A DNA stretch of 56,263 nucleotides. It comes from a bacterium (GTDB taxonomy: Bacteria > Krumholzibacteriota > Krumholzibacteriia > G020349025). Both the position numbers and the translations under genes were made by a program. The stretch spans positions 1-56,263 of the forward strand of contig JANLSU010000082.1 of the NCBI GenBank assembly GCA_031362565.1. The letters are read 5' to 3'. The notes beneath the pieces were generated by a model. The model had not been told where the DNA came from. It worked only from the letters and a program-made list of their open reading frames with translations, and searched no databases. Below are positions 42,846 to 52,675 of this stretch, in pieces; the stretch's first letter is position 1; every line of letters starts with the position of its first letter.

Positions 42846-45800
42846 ATGCAGTTGCCGGTCACGACGTCTCGCGCTCCACGTCCCGTGCACTCGGCGCGGT
42901 ACATCTTTGCCCTCTCTTTTACGCTCGCAGCGGCGGCTCTGTCGGCAGGCAGTGCGCACGCCGCGACTCTGCGTCACACCGTGGTGTTCGATGCAGGGCG
43001 TATCCACCTGGCAGGCCCGTCCGATGCGCGCCACGTTGCCGTCGATGGCCTGTCGGCCACCTGGGAAGCCGGGCGGCCGGAGATGCCGTTCGAACTGGTG
43101 ACGCTCTTGGTGCCCGCGGGGTCGCGCTTTGTCGGCCTGCGCGCCCACCCGATCGGTGAAATCGTCGTGGCCGATGCCGTGCAGCTGGCATCGGCGCTGC
43201 CGATCGTCTCCGACGCCGGTGCGGAACTCGCGCCCAAGCCCGGCAAGCCGGGCAGCGTCGACGGCCTGACGAACCCGGACGCTTATCCGGGTGTCGTCGC
43301 CGAGTTCGCGAGCGAAGGTGCGCTGCACGGCTATCAATTGCTGTCGGTGCGCGTCTACCCCGTACAGTGGAATGCGGCCGCAGGACGGGTAACCGCCAGC
43401 GCGCGCATCGACCTCGAGATCGACCTCGCGCCGGGTGGAACGCGGCCGCTGCAGCGCGAGCGGTTCAGCGCCGCCATCGAAGCCGATGCGGTACGGACCC
43501 TCGATCGCGTCGTTGCGAACCCCGAAGCGATCCATGGCTACGACCGCCGCATCGGCGTCCGCGTCGAGAAGTCCGGTGGTGGTTTCCATCCGACGGCGGC
43601 GCCCAGTTTGGAAGGCAGCGACGTCGATTACGTGATCATCACCAATGCCGCCCTAGCGGCGTCGTGGCAAGTGCTTGCCGACTGGAAGACACGCCGCGGC
43701 GTGCCGACCGTGGTGCGCACGGTCGAGTCGATCGAACAGACCTACCGCCGCGGCAGCGACGTGCAAGAGACCATCCGGACGTTCATCAAGGACGCCTATG
43801 CCAAGTGGGCAGTGCGCTACGTTCTGCTGGGCGGCGACACCGATATCCTGGCGGCGCGGTACGGATTCTCGGCGTTCGGCGACCCGACCGAACAGCACAT
43901 TCCGTGCGATGCGTATTTCGCCTGTCTCGACGGCAACTGGAACAAGGATGGCGACGGCACCTTCGGCGAGGGCGCCGTCAATGTTTCGGATCCCGGCGAT
44001 TCGACCGACTTCTACGCCGAAGTGTCCATCGGGCGCGGGCCCTTCTCGACCCCGGCCGAAGTCGCAAACTACGTCTCCAAGGTCATGACGTATGAAAACC
44101 CGGTGAACGCCACGTACCAGAACAAGGCCCTCTTCTTGGGCGAAGTGCTCTTCCCCGTCGACTGGGACTCGAGCATGGCCATCAGCATGGACGGCGCCAG
44201 CTTCTGCGAAGAGATGGCCGCCTTCCTGCCGGCTTGTGCCTCCATTACCAAGTTGTACGAGAATTTCTACGACTACCCGGGATCCTCGCAGTTGACTCTC
44301 GCGGCGACCATCGCCGCGATCAACTCGGGGCAAGGATACGTCAACCATATCGGGCACGGGTTCCGTTACAACATGTCGTGCGGCGACCGCAGCTACCAGA
44401 ACAACGACGCCTTGGTGTCCGCCAACGGCGACAAGCGTTTCGTCCTGTACATGCTGAACTGCACGGCAACCGCGTTCGACTTCCCATGCCTCGCCGAAAC
44501 TTTCCTGAAAGCGACCGGTGGCGCGGTCGGCGTTCTGGGCGCGAGCCGCGCCGCGTATGCTTTGCCGTCCCGCAACTACAACCACGGCTTCATGGAAGCC
44601 GTCTACACCAACGGCTACATTCATCTGGGCGAGGCGTTCGTCCAAAGCCGCGTGGCGCAGACACCCAACGCCTGGTTCGATACCGCCGATCACTACAGCC
44701 ACCTGCTGTACAACTTCATGGGTGATCCCGAGCTGGTGTTTCACACCTGCACCCTGGCGGCGACGGCGGTCACCAAGCCGGCAAGCATCGGACTCGGCCT
44801 GACGAACGTCGCGCTCCACGTGACCGTCGGCGGCATCGCCCGCGAGAACGCCCTCGTCTGCCTGCAGAAAGGTACCGAGGAATATCAGTTCGGTTACACG
44901 AACGCGAGCGGCGACTTGTCGCTGGCGTTCCGCGCCGAAACCGGCGGCACGATCCAGGTCACGACCTCCGGCCAGAACATGACGACTTCGCTCGGGTCCA
45001 TCACCGTCAGCGCGACCGGCGGTGCGTATGTGAGCAACCAGAGCCTGACCGTCGACGACAACAGCTCCGGTTTGTCGAACGGCAACAGTGACGGCGTCGT
45101 GGATGCCGGCGAGACCATCGAACTGTCGGCGGTCTTCGCCAACGGCGGCAACGCCACCGGCAGCACCCTGACCGGCAAGCTGCGAATCCCAACGGTTTGG
45201 GCGACGGTGCTCGACAGCATCTATGCGCTGCCCAACATCAATGCCGGCAGCACCGGCTCGTTCAACAACGAAGTGCGCTTCAACATCCCGGCCAACGCTC
45301 CCGACGGCACCGTGCTGCCGTTGACCTTCGTCACGACCAACGGCACCACCACCTGGACCGACGTCGTGAACAAGGTCGTGCACGCGCCGGTTATGAAGCT
45401 GACGCTTCTCGACATCGATGATTCGGTGACCGGCAACAACGACGGCGTGATTCAGGCCGGCGAAGTCTTCGACCTCGTGACCTCCTACAAGAACTTCGGC
45501 ACTGGTGCGGCCGACGGGGTCACCGCGACGCTTATTTCGTCCGACCCGGACGTCGTCATCACGGTGCCCGTCGTCAACTTCGGCCGGATCACTTCGATGC
45601 AGGAGACGAGTGGGCTGGCGCGTTTCCGCCTGAAGGAAAACGTCATTGCCGCGAACCTGATGTCGATTTTCCTGGCGGACAATCGCTCACGGGTCACCGC
45701 GTCGAACATCACGCTACGCGGCCCGGCGACGCCCGCCGCTCCGGTGCTCGACGCGAGCACCGGCGCCAACGTCATCGTCGTGTCGTGGACGCCGAATGCC

Positions 45801-47645
45801 GATTCCGACCTGGCGGGGTACCATGTGTACCGCGCGACAAGCGCCTCCGGGCCGTGGACGCGCGTCACGGTGGATTGCCTCGACCATACGGCGTACTTCC
45901 GCAACACCGGCCTGAACTCGAGCACGTTGTACTACTACCGCGCCGCGGCGGTCGACAGCTCCGGCAACGAGAGTGCACCGTCGGCTTCCGCCAGCATCAA
46001 CACCAACCCGGCGCAGCTGAACGGATTCCCGATCGGCCTGGGCGCACAGAGCTCGTGCTCGGCGGTCGTCGGTGACATCACGGGCGACGGGATGAAGGAA
46101 ATCGTCGCCGGCAACGACCACCTCTATGCCTGGTCAGCGAACGGGATCGAAGTGCGTGACGACGACAATGACCCGCAGACCTGGGGCATCTTCGCGAGCG
46201 AGGTTCAGATCGTGACCGGCGCCGTAGCGCTCGGCGAGATGGACCGCGCCTCCCCCGGCCTCGAAACCTTCGTCACCTGCTGGGACGATTCGAACAAGGC
46301 CTTCATCGTGCGCGGCAACGGATCATTTCCGACCAACTGGCCGCGCAATCCCGACTTCAACACGCCGCAGAAGGGTTATTGGGCCGATGCGGCGGTCATG
46401 GACGTCGACGGCGACGGGCTTTGTGAAGTCTTCGCCCCGGCCAAGAACGGCAACCTGTACGCCTGGCACCCGAACGGCACGGCGCTCGGTGCCTCCCAGG
46501 CGTTCAAGTCCGGCCTCGGTACCTACATGCGAGTGTCGCCGTCGTTCGCCAACCTCGATGGCGATCCGTGGCCGGAAATCGTCTTCGGATCTCCGACCGG
46601 CATCCTCAACATTTGGAAGAAGGACGGCACGAACTACGGCACCTTCCCGAAGACGGTCGGCGCCGCGTCGTTCGCCAACACAGCGATCGGTGACGTGAAT
46701 CATGACGGCATTCTGGACGTCGTGTACCTCACCGAAAGCGGCGGGGTCAATGTCTACAACACGAAGACCGGCAACCAGCTGCCGGGCTTCCCGGTGAGCT
46801 TGCCGATCAAGAGCAATCCCAAGTGCCCCTCGCCGGCACTAGCCGATTTCAACGGCGATGGCAAACTCGAGATCGTCGTGGCGTTCAACCACGTGAATGC
46901 CACCCAGTCGCAAGTGCTGGTGCTGAATTGGCAAGGCGTGGTTCAGCCGGGCTGGCCGATCATCCCGGGCGGCTTCACGTCGGAGAGTTCGCCGATCGTC
47001 GCCGACGTGTCCGGCGACGGCGTGCCGGACATTCTCTTCGGCAACGAGGGCGGCCTGCTGTACGGCTGGACGTGGACCGGCCAGAACGTCGCCGGCTTCC
47101 CACTCACCGTCGGGGACTTCATCCGCTCGGTGCCGACTGCGGACGACGTCGACGGTGACGGCGGCATCGACCTCGTGCTCATGGACTGGAACAAGAATCT
47201 CTATATTTGGGATTTCCCGATCGCCTACAACAAGAACGCGGCGCAGTGGCCGATGCTGAAGCACGATGTCCAACGCACCGGTCTGTACGGCTACCGCGTC
47301 GACGAGGCGACCGACGTCGGCCCAGGGACCGGCGATCCGGAGACGGCGCGCATCCCGCAAGCGGCGTTCCTCGAACAGAACGTTCCGAACCCGTTCAATC
47401 CGACGACGCACATCAAGTACGGCGTTCCGGCCGCGAGCGGCGCCGTCCAGGTGCGCTTGGTGATCTACGACGCGTCGGGCCGGCAGGTCCGGCAGTTGGT
47501 GAGCGGCAGCGAGACGCCGGGTCTGCACGGCGCGCTCTGGGATGGACGCAACGACTCCGGCCATCGCGTCGAATCGGGCGTGTTCTTCTATCGCCTGCAA
47601 GTCGCCGGTCAAACACTGACGCGCAAGCTCCTCCTGCTCAAGTAG
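42846..47645 (+). CDS. C25 (gingipain-family) cysteine peptidase with FN3, FG-GAP repeats and FlgD-Ig/T9SS-like CTD
   Basis: Propeptide; DYVIIT, YVLLGGD, HIGHG (catalytic His), LNC (catalytic Cys), YNFMGDP; DVDGDG/DFNGDG repeats; QNVPNPFNP..WDGRNDSG..SGVFF; GGAGG RBS. Confidence 0.9.
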   Translation: MQLPVTTSRAPRPVHSARYIFALSFTLAAAALSAGSAHAATLRHTVVFDAGRIHLAGPSDARHVAVDGLSATWEAGRPEMPFELVTLLVPAGSRFVGLRAHPIGEIVVADAVQLASALPIVSDAGAELAPKPGKPGSVDGLTNPDAYPGVVAEFASEGALHGYQLLSVRVYPVQWNAAAGRVTASARIDLEIDLAPGGTRPLQRERFSAAIEADAVRTLDRVVANPEAIHGYDRRIGVRVEKSGGGFHPTAAPSLEGSDVDYVIITNAALAASWQVLADWKTRRGVPTVVRTVESIEQTYRRGSDVQETIRTFIKDAYAKWAVRYVLLGGDTDILAARYGFSAFGDPTEQHIPCDAYFACLDGNWNKDGDGTFGEGAVNVSDPGDSTDFYAEVSIGRGPFSTPAEVANYVSKVMTYENPVNATYQNKALFLGEVLFPVDWDSSMAISMDGASFCEEMAAFLPACASITKLYENFYDYPGSSQLTLAATIAAINSGQGYVNHIGHGFRYNMSCGDRSYQNNDALVSANGDKRFVLYMLNCTATAFDFPCLAETFLKATGGAVGVLGASRAAYALPSRNYNHGFMEAVYTNGYIHLGEAFVQSRVAQTPNAWFDTADHYSHLLYNFMGDPELVFHTCTLAATAVTKPASIGLGLTNVALHVTVGGIARENALVCLQKGTEEYQFGYTNASGDLSLAFRAETGGTIQVTTSGQNMTTSLGSITVSATGGAYVSNQSLTVDDNSSGLSNGNSDGVVDAGETIELSAVFANGGNATGSTLTGKLRIPTVWATVLDSIYALPNINAGSTGSFNNEVRFNIPANAPDGTVLPLTFVTTNGTTTWTDVVNKVVHAPVMKLTLLDIDDSVTGNNDGVIQAGEVFDLVTSYKNFGTGAADGVTATLISSDPDVVITVPVVNFGRITSMQETSGLARFRLKENVIAANLMSIFLADNRSRVTASNITLRGPATPAAPVLDASTGANVIVVSWTPNADSDLAGYHVYRATSASGPWTRVTVDCLDHTAYFRNTGLNSSTLYYYRAAAVDSSGNESAPSASASINTNPAQLNGFPIGLGAQSSCSAVVGDITGDGMKEIVAGNDHLYAWSANGIEVRDDDNDPQTWGIFASEVQIVTGAVALGEMDRASPGLETFVTCWDDSNKAFIVRGNGSFPTNWPRNPDFNTPQKGYWADAAVMDVDGDGLCEVFAPAKNGNLYAWHPNGTALGASQAFKSGLGTYMRVSPSFANLDGDPWPEIVFGSPTGILNIWKKDGTNYGTFPKTVGAASFANTAIGDVNHDGILDVVYLTESGGVNVYNTKTGNQLPGFPVSLPIKSNPKCPSPALADFNGDGKLEIVVAFNHVNATQSQVLVLNWQGVVQPGWPIIPGGFTSESSPIVADVSGDGVPDILFGNEGGLLYGWTWTGQNVAGFPLTVGDFIRSVPTADDVDGDGGIDLVLMDWNKNLYIWDFPIAYNKNAAQWPMLKHDVQRTGLYGYRVDEATDVGPGTGDPETARIPQAAFLEQNVPNPFNPTTHIKYGVPAASGAVQVRLVIYDASGRQVRQLVSGSETPGLHGALWDGRNDSGHRVESGVFFYRLQVAGQTLTRKLLLLK

Positions 47646-47665
47646 GACCCGCGGCAGAGCGCCAA

Positions 47666-47702
47666 CCCGAAGGCCCGAGGCAACTCGGGCCTTCGGGCTT
47701 TC
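47666..47702. terminator. GC-rich hairpin terminator between convergent genes
   Basis: CCCGAAGGCCCGAG-GCAA-CTCGGGCCTTCGGG, perfect 14-bp stem with GNRA loop, short T run. Confidence 0.75.
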
Positions 47703-47727
47703 GGGCCCCTGCGTACGATGCGGGATT

Positions 47728-48174
47728 TCAGTCTTCGGGGCGCGGACGGCGCGTCCGCTTGACGGAACTGCGGCGTTTCTTTTCCTCGAGCCGGTCTTCC
47801 TTCGAAGCGCGTGTCGGCCGGGTCGGGCGGCGTGGTTTCGGAACGGCAAGGGCCCGCACCAACAGAGCGACGAGGCGGGCCCGGGCCTCGGCTTCGTTGC
47901 GCGATTGGGTGCGCTCGCTTTGCGCCACGATACGCAGCACGCCGGCGGCGCTCGCGCGTCCGGCGAGGCGGTCCAGGATGCGCTGCTTTTGGGCGGGAGT
48001 GAGGACGCGGGACGCCGCAACGTCGAACTCGAGTTCGATGCGGGTCGCGACCTTGTTGACGTTCTGTCCGCCGGGGCCGCCGCTCCGGGTGCGGCGCACG
48101 TGCAGTTCGCCCTCCGGAATCGCGAGCCCGGGCCGGACAACGAGGCCGCGGGGCTCCGGGTCTTCGCCAGTCAC
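47728..48174 (-). CDS. arfB: Alternative ribosome-rescue peptidyl-tRNA hydrolase ArfB
   Basis: RSGGPGGQNVNKV, RTQSRN, basic tail PKPRRPTRPT..RLEEKKRRS. Confidence 0.95.
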   Translation of the reverse strand: MTGEDPEPRGLVVRPGLAIPEGELHVRRTRSGGPGGQNVNKVATRIELEFDVAASRVLTPAQKQRILDRLAGRASAAGVLRIVAQSERTQSRNEAEARARLVALLVRALAVPKPRRPTRPTRASKEDRLEEKKRRSSVKRTRRPRPED

Positions 48175-48182
48175 GACCGCAC

Positions 48183-48467
48183 TCAGCGCGACGCGGACAT
48201 GCGCGCCGCCTCGATTTCGGCGGCGGAATGGCTCTGGAACCAGGTCTTGTTCTTGTCGACGTAAGGCTCTTCCGGCGTTCCGGCCACCTCATCCTCCGGC
48301 AAGATCGCATCGACGGGACACTCGTCGACACAAGCGCCGCAGTCGATGCATTCGTCGGGATTGATGACCAACATATCGCCGATATCGAAGAAACAGTCGA
48401 CCGGACAGACCTTCACGCAGGACGTGTCCTTGGTGCCGATACAAGGCGAGAAAACGATGTGCGTCAT
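48183..48467 (-). CDS. fdxA: 7Fe-type ferredoxin
   Basis: CIGTKDTSCVKVCPVDC and CIDCGACVDECP; acidic. Confidence 0.9.
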   Translation of the reverse strand: MTHIVFSPCIGTKDTSCVKVCPVDCFFDIGDMLVINPDECIDCGACVDECPVDAILPEDEVAGTPEEPYVDKNKTWFQSHSAAEIEAARMSASR

Positions 48468-48614
48468 GGGCGCCAGAGCCTCCATCCACTCGGTTGAAAC
48501 GCGTCACCGCGCCGCATGCTTATTACCACGTTCAGAAATCATCCCGCAAGGGCGGTGGCAGGCGGCGCGAATCGGCGCCGGCGGCAACCCCGCCCGGCCG
48601 GGGCGCGGTTCGCG

Positions 48615-49655
48615 TCAGTGCGCGGCGCCCTGCGGCTCCGCCAACGCCCCTTGCACGGCGTCGAGCAAATCCTGCGGATACAGCTTGCCCACCTGCAACG
48701 GCCATACGCTGCGGCCGATGGCCGTGAAACTCTTCACGTCCTCCGGCGCCACCGCGACCCGCTGCACGCCGCTCTTCTGGATCTCGACCAGCGCATCCGC
48801 GTCCTGCTTGCGCGCCTTGAGCTGCAGTTCATGAAACTTGGCATGACACACCGCGAGCACCTTGTCGCGCTGGGCGGCCGGAATCGCATCGAACGAACTG
48901 TTCGACACGACAACCGCCCCGCTCGCGAACGTCACCGGCAGGTCCGTAAAGTAGGACACGCGGGTGAACCACTGGGTCGCGACGCACGCCAACGGCGACG
49001 AATAAACCGCATCGACGAGGCGCGTCTGCAGCGATGTCAGCACGTCGGTGATGGGCAGCGGAACCGGCTCGACGGCCGCTGCCTTGAAGAACGACGCGGC
49101 GAGCGGATCGCCTTCCCAGAGCCACATTTTAGCCGCCTTCAGATTGCCCTGGGTCGCGATGGCCTGGCGCGAGAACAAGTACACGAACCCGACGTCGGCC
49201 CAGCCGAGCACCGTGTAGCCGGCGTCGTGCAGGATCGCTTCGAGGCGCGGGCCGAGTTTGTCGCGGACGCGGTCGACCTGTTCGTAATTCTGAAACAGGA
49301 ACGGCACCTCCATGACGCGCACCGCCGGCGCGATCTGGCCGAGGCCTTGCCCGGTGAGACCGCCGCCTTGCAACTGGCCGCTCCGCACCTTGCGCAGCAC
49401 CACCAACTCGTCGCCCTGCACGCCACCCGCATAGATCTTGAAGCCGACCTGGTTGCCGGTTTCACGCCGGACATCGGCGTCGATCTCGCGCATCACCACC
49501 ATCCACGTGCTGCCTTCCGGCGCCACGGTGGCGATCTTGAGCAACGTCGGCGGCGTTTGGGCGCCAACCGGCGTCCAGGCACCGGCCGCCCACAACAACC
49601 CGAGGCCGATCGAAGCCCGCGACAATGCGACCCGTCGTGACACAGTGCGACCCAT
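48615..49655 (-). CDS. TRAP-T substrate-binding protein (DctP/TatP)
   Basis: LKIATVAPEGSTW, GGVQGDE, DVLTSLQT.LVD; start 49655 or 49664. Confidence 0.88.
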   Translation of the reverse strand: MGRTVSRRVALSRASIGLGLLWAAGAWTPVGAQTPPTLLKIATVAPEGSTWMVVMREIDADVRRETGNQVGFKIYAGGVQGDELVVLRKVRSGQLQGGGLTGQGLGQIAPAVRVMEVPFLFQNYEQVDRVRDKLGPRLEAILHDAGYTVLGWADVGFVYLFSRQAIATQGNLKAAKMWLWEGDPLAASFFKAAAVEPVPLPITDVLTSLQTRLVDAVYSSPLACVATQWFTRVSYFTDLPVTFASGAVVVSNSSFDAIPAAQRDKVLAVCHAKFHELQLKARKQDADALVEIQKSGVQRVAVAPEDVKSFTAIGRSVWPLQVGKLYPQDLLDAVQGALAEPQGAAH

Positions 49656-49749
49656 CGACGTCATCTCCTTCCATGCGGTGAGCGCCCCACGGGCCGCGGG
49701 ACGTGCCGCTATGAACACGCCGCGCTGCAAAAGGCTCCCGGCCGGGCCC

Positions 49750-50628
49750 CTAGAACAGTTCGGCGCGGCGTTCCTTGAGCTTGCGGGCGCGCTCGCGGCC
49801 GATTTCGTTGAGCAAGCGCGCTTCCGGCAACGCGTCCGGCGCAGCGAGCACTTCGTCCAGCAAGCCGACGAAGCACTGCTCGTCGAGCGTCTGCCGGCAG
49901 TAGAACTCGGCGTAGAACACTTGGTACAGCAGCATGTGGCGGTCCGAGATCCGGAGCGCCGCTTCGAAGTGTTCGCGGGCGCGCGCCGGGCTGCCGCCGA
50001 AGAGTTCCGGGCGCATCGCGTCGTACGTGCCGCGCAGCGCATGCGGCAATCCGTGTTCGAAATTCGGGTCGATTTCCAGCATCCGTTCGAGCAGCGCTTC
50101 GAGGCGCGGCATCTCGGCAATAGCGGCGGCGGATTCCAGATTCAAGCTCAGCCAGCGGCCCCAGTTGGCGCCCGCCCAGGCCAATGCCGGCATGTCGTTC
50201 TTGTGCAAGACGCGCAGGCCGCGCTTGAACGCTTCGAGGTCGCCAAGGCGGCCCTTGCGGAACAAGGGACGCCGATCGAGGGCGCGCAGGCCGTAGTCGC
50301 GTCCGATCGCGTAGTAGTCGCTCGCGAGTTTGGCGTTGTCGTTTTCCACAAACCCGAGTCCGTAGCCGAAATACAGATACGATCCGAGGGCCAGCAACTC
50401 GGCGTTCTTGGGGGCGGTGCGGATGAGACCGTCGAGCAACAACAGATTGGCCGGCAGGCCCTTGCCGACCAGCGCCAAATCGGCTCGCTCGCGGGCCGCG
50501 TCGGCGGTGTTCTGCAAGATGGGGAGCATCGAAACGACCGCGATCTGGGTCGCTGGACCACAGCCGCCGAGCGCCGCGGCCGCCGCCACCGCAAGCCCCG
50601 CGGCCCATCGCGTCTTGTGAGCCGGCAT
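49750..50628 (-). CDS. TRAP-T TatT component (TPR-like lipoprotein)
   Basis: Lipobox LGGC; LPANLLLLDGL, RPELFGG.P.RAREHFE.AL; directly upstream of TatP. Confidence 0.85.
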   Translation of the reverse strand: MPAHKTRWAAGLAVAAAAALGGCGPATQIAVVSMLPILQNTADAARERADLALVGKGLPANLLLLDGLIRTAPKNAELLALGSYLYFGYGLGFVENDNAKLASDYYAIGRDYGLRALDRRPLFRKGRLGDLEAFKRGLRVLHKNDMPALAWAGANWGRWLSLNLESAAAIAEMPRLEALLERMLEIDPNFEHGLPHALRGTYDAMRPELFGGSPARAREHFEAALRISDRHMLLYQVFYAEFYCRQTLDEQCFVGLLDEVLAAPDALPEARLLNEIGRERARKLKERRAELF

Positions 50629-50737
50629 CGTGTCCGTCCGGTGAGGGGATGCAAGTCGGCGTGCCGCCACGGCGAGACGCTAGACCACGCGCTGGGCCCG
50701 CGCCAGCCCAAAGGTATCAGGGCGCGATCGGCGCTAA

Positions 50738-50821
50738 AATGAGATTGAGTCTCAATTGCAATAGGACTTGACGCCGGTGGCGGCGGTCGCGTATTGTTGC
50801 TTATTGAGACTGAGTCGCAAT
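50738..50821 (+). promoter_or_regulatory. Two Fur-family 9-1-9 boxes flanking a sigma-70 promoter
   Basis: AATGAGATT-G-AGTCTCAAT (50738-50756) and ATTGAGACT-G-AGTCGCAAT (50803-50821); TTGACG 50768-50773 and TATTGT 50792-50797, 18-nt spacer. Confidence 0.75.
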
Positions 50822-50852
50822 CGCATCAAGAACTCGCGTCGGAGGTTGGATC

Positions 50853-52145
50853 GTGCTTTCGAATGGCGCCCGCGCGGCGGTTGTTCTGTCCGTTCTACTC
50901 GTGACTTCACCCTTCGAGCGGGCTGCGGCGCAGGGCTCCACCAGCCGCCCCGACAGCACCGAGTTGGCGCGCCGCATCGACGCGCTGGCGCGGGAGCTCG
51001 AGGATCTCAAGCTCGGACCGGTCGCCGCTCCCCCAGAGTCCCGGCACGGATTCGGGCCCGCAGCCTCGAAGGTGTACTCCGCCGCAAACGGCGTTTCCTT
51101 TGGTGGTTACGGGGAGATGCTCGTTCAGAGCCCGAAGGGTGAAACCGCCTCGATCGACCTCCTCCGACAGATCCTCTATGTCGGCTACAAGTTCGACGAG
51201 CACCTCCTTTTCAACTCGGAGATCGAGTTCGAACACGCTTCCACGGAACTCAAGGGCAGTGTTTCGGTCGAGTTCGGGTACCTGGACGCGCTCGTCCGCC
51301 CGGCGTTCAACGTCCGCGCCGGGCTGGTACTCGTGCCGATGGGATTCTTGAACGAGCTCCACGAACCACCCATTTTTCTCGGCACGCATCGGCCGGAGAC
51401 CGAGCGGCGCATCGTGCCGTCCACGTGGCGCGCCAACGGGGTCGGCGTCTTTGGCGCGCCGGCCGGGGGTTGGACCTACCGCGCCTACCTGATGGAGAGC
51501 CTGCGGTCGGTCGGCGGAACCGGAGAGAACGCCGGCTTTGATCCGGAAGAGGGCCTGCGCGATGGCCGCCAGAACGGCTCCGAGGCACTCTTCGAGAACG
51601 TCGCCGGTACGCTGCGGGTCGATTGGCAAGGCGCCGGCGCTCTCGTCGGCGGCTCGGCGTTCCGTGGCGGAACCGCCCAGGGCGCCACGACTCCGACGAA
51701 TCAAGCCTTCGATGCCACGACGACCGTCTGGGAGGCACACGCGCAGTTGCGGCGCGCCGGGCTGCGGTTGCGCGGTCTCGTCGCCGGCGCGGACGTCCAA
51801 GACGCCGCCGCAATCAATGCGGTGCGTGGCTTCACGGGCGACGAGTCGGTGGGTTCGAATCTGCTCGGTTGGTATGCCGAGGCGGGGTACGAGGTCTGGT
51901 CGCGCTTGCATCCCGGCAGCCGTTACGAGATTGTGCCCTACCTGCGTTACGAAGCGCTGGACACGCAGCGCGAAGTACCGGCCGGTTTCGCGCGCAACCG
52001 CGCCAACGACGCGACGAGTACCACCGCCGGCGCGGCGTTTTTCCCGCATCCCCAGGTCGTGGTCAAGGGCGACTATCAGTGGAATTCGAACGACGCGGAC
52101 ACGGGAGTCGATCAGTGGAATTGCGCCGTCGGCTTCTTGTTCTGA
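50853..52145 (+). CDS. Outer-membrane porin-like beta-barrel, putative iron uptake
   Basis: Signal peptide, N-terminal coiled coil, GGYGE, FNSEIEFEH, NELHEPP, amphipathic strands, terminal Phe; GGAGG RBS. Confidence 0.75.
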   Translation: MLSNGARAAVVLSVLLVTSPFERAAAQGSTSRPDSTELARRIDALARELEDLKLGPVAAPPESRHGFGPAASKVYSAANGVSFGGYGEMLVQSPKGETASIDLLRQILYVGYKFDEHLLFNSEIEFEHASTELKGSVSVEFGYLDALVRPAFNVRAGLVLVPMGFLNELHEPPIFLGTHRPETERRIVPSTWRANGVGVFGAPAGGWTYRAYLMESLRSVGGTGENAGFDPEEGLRDGRQNGSEALFENVAGTLRVDWQGAGALVGGSAFRGGTAQGATTPTNQAFDATTTVWEAHAQLRRAGLRLRGLVAGADVQDAAAINAVRGFTGDESVGSNLLGWYAEAGYEVWSRLHPGSRYEIVPYLRYEALDTQREVPAGFARNRANDATSTTAGAAFFPHPQVVVKGDYQWNSNDADTGVDQWNCAVGFLF

Positions 52146-52675
52146 GCGGTACTGCTGCCGCCGTGCTCGCGTTGAGTGGCGCGACGCCGGCGGCAGCGCG
52201 GCTCGTGCAGACACGCGACGACGCGCTGCGTCTGGTCTTTGGGGCCGGAGCAGCGTTCACGCCACGCACCGCCTGGCTGCGTGGCGCTGAGGCCGATTCG
52301 GTCGCCGCCTGGGCCCAGGCGCGTGGCGCGGCGGCGCCCGTCACCTATTGGGTCGCGACGCTTGGCGACCGCTTGCTCGGCCGCGCCTATCTCGACACAC
52401 GCATCGTGCGCACCATGCCGGCGACGGTGCTCGTTGCGGTCGGCACCGCGCACCAAGTGATCGCCGTGCAAGTGTTGGCGTTCCAAGAGCCCGCGGATTA
52501 CCTTCCGCCGCGGCGCTGGCTCGAGCGGTTCGCCGGCAAGATCCTGTCGCGCCGCCTGCGCCCCGGCGACGACGTCAACGCGATCTCCGGTGCGACCCTC
52601 TCGGTGCGGGCGTTCGCGGCCGCGGTGCGCTGGGCGCTGGCGCTCGACCGTTTCGTGACTGGAACTCCGTCATGA
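52115..52675 (+). CDS. Exported FMN-binding (flavinylation-substrate) protein
   Basis: GTG after GGGAG; signal peptide MELRRRLLVL..AAA; FQEPADY.P..WL.RF; VNAISGATLS flavinylation motif. Confidence 0.8.
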   Translation: MELRRRLLVLSGTAAAVLALSGATPAAARLVQTRDDALRLVFGAGAAFTPRTAWLRGAEADSVAAWAQARGAAAPVTYWVATLGDRLLGRAYLDTRIVRTMPATVLVAVGTAHQVIAVQVLAFQEPADYLPPRRWLERFAGKILSRRLRPGDDVNAISGATLSVRAFAAAVRWALALDRFVTGTPS

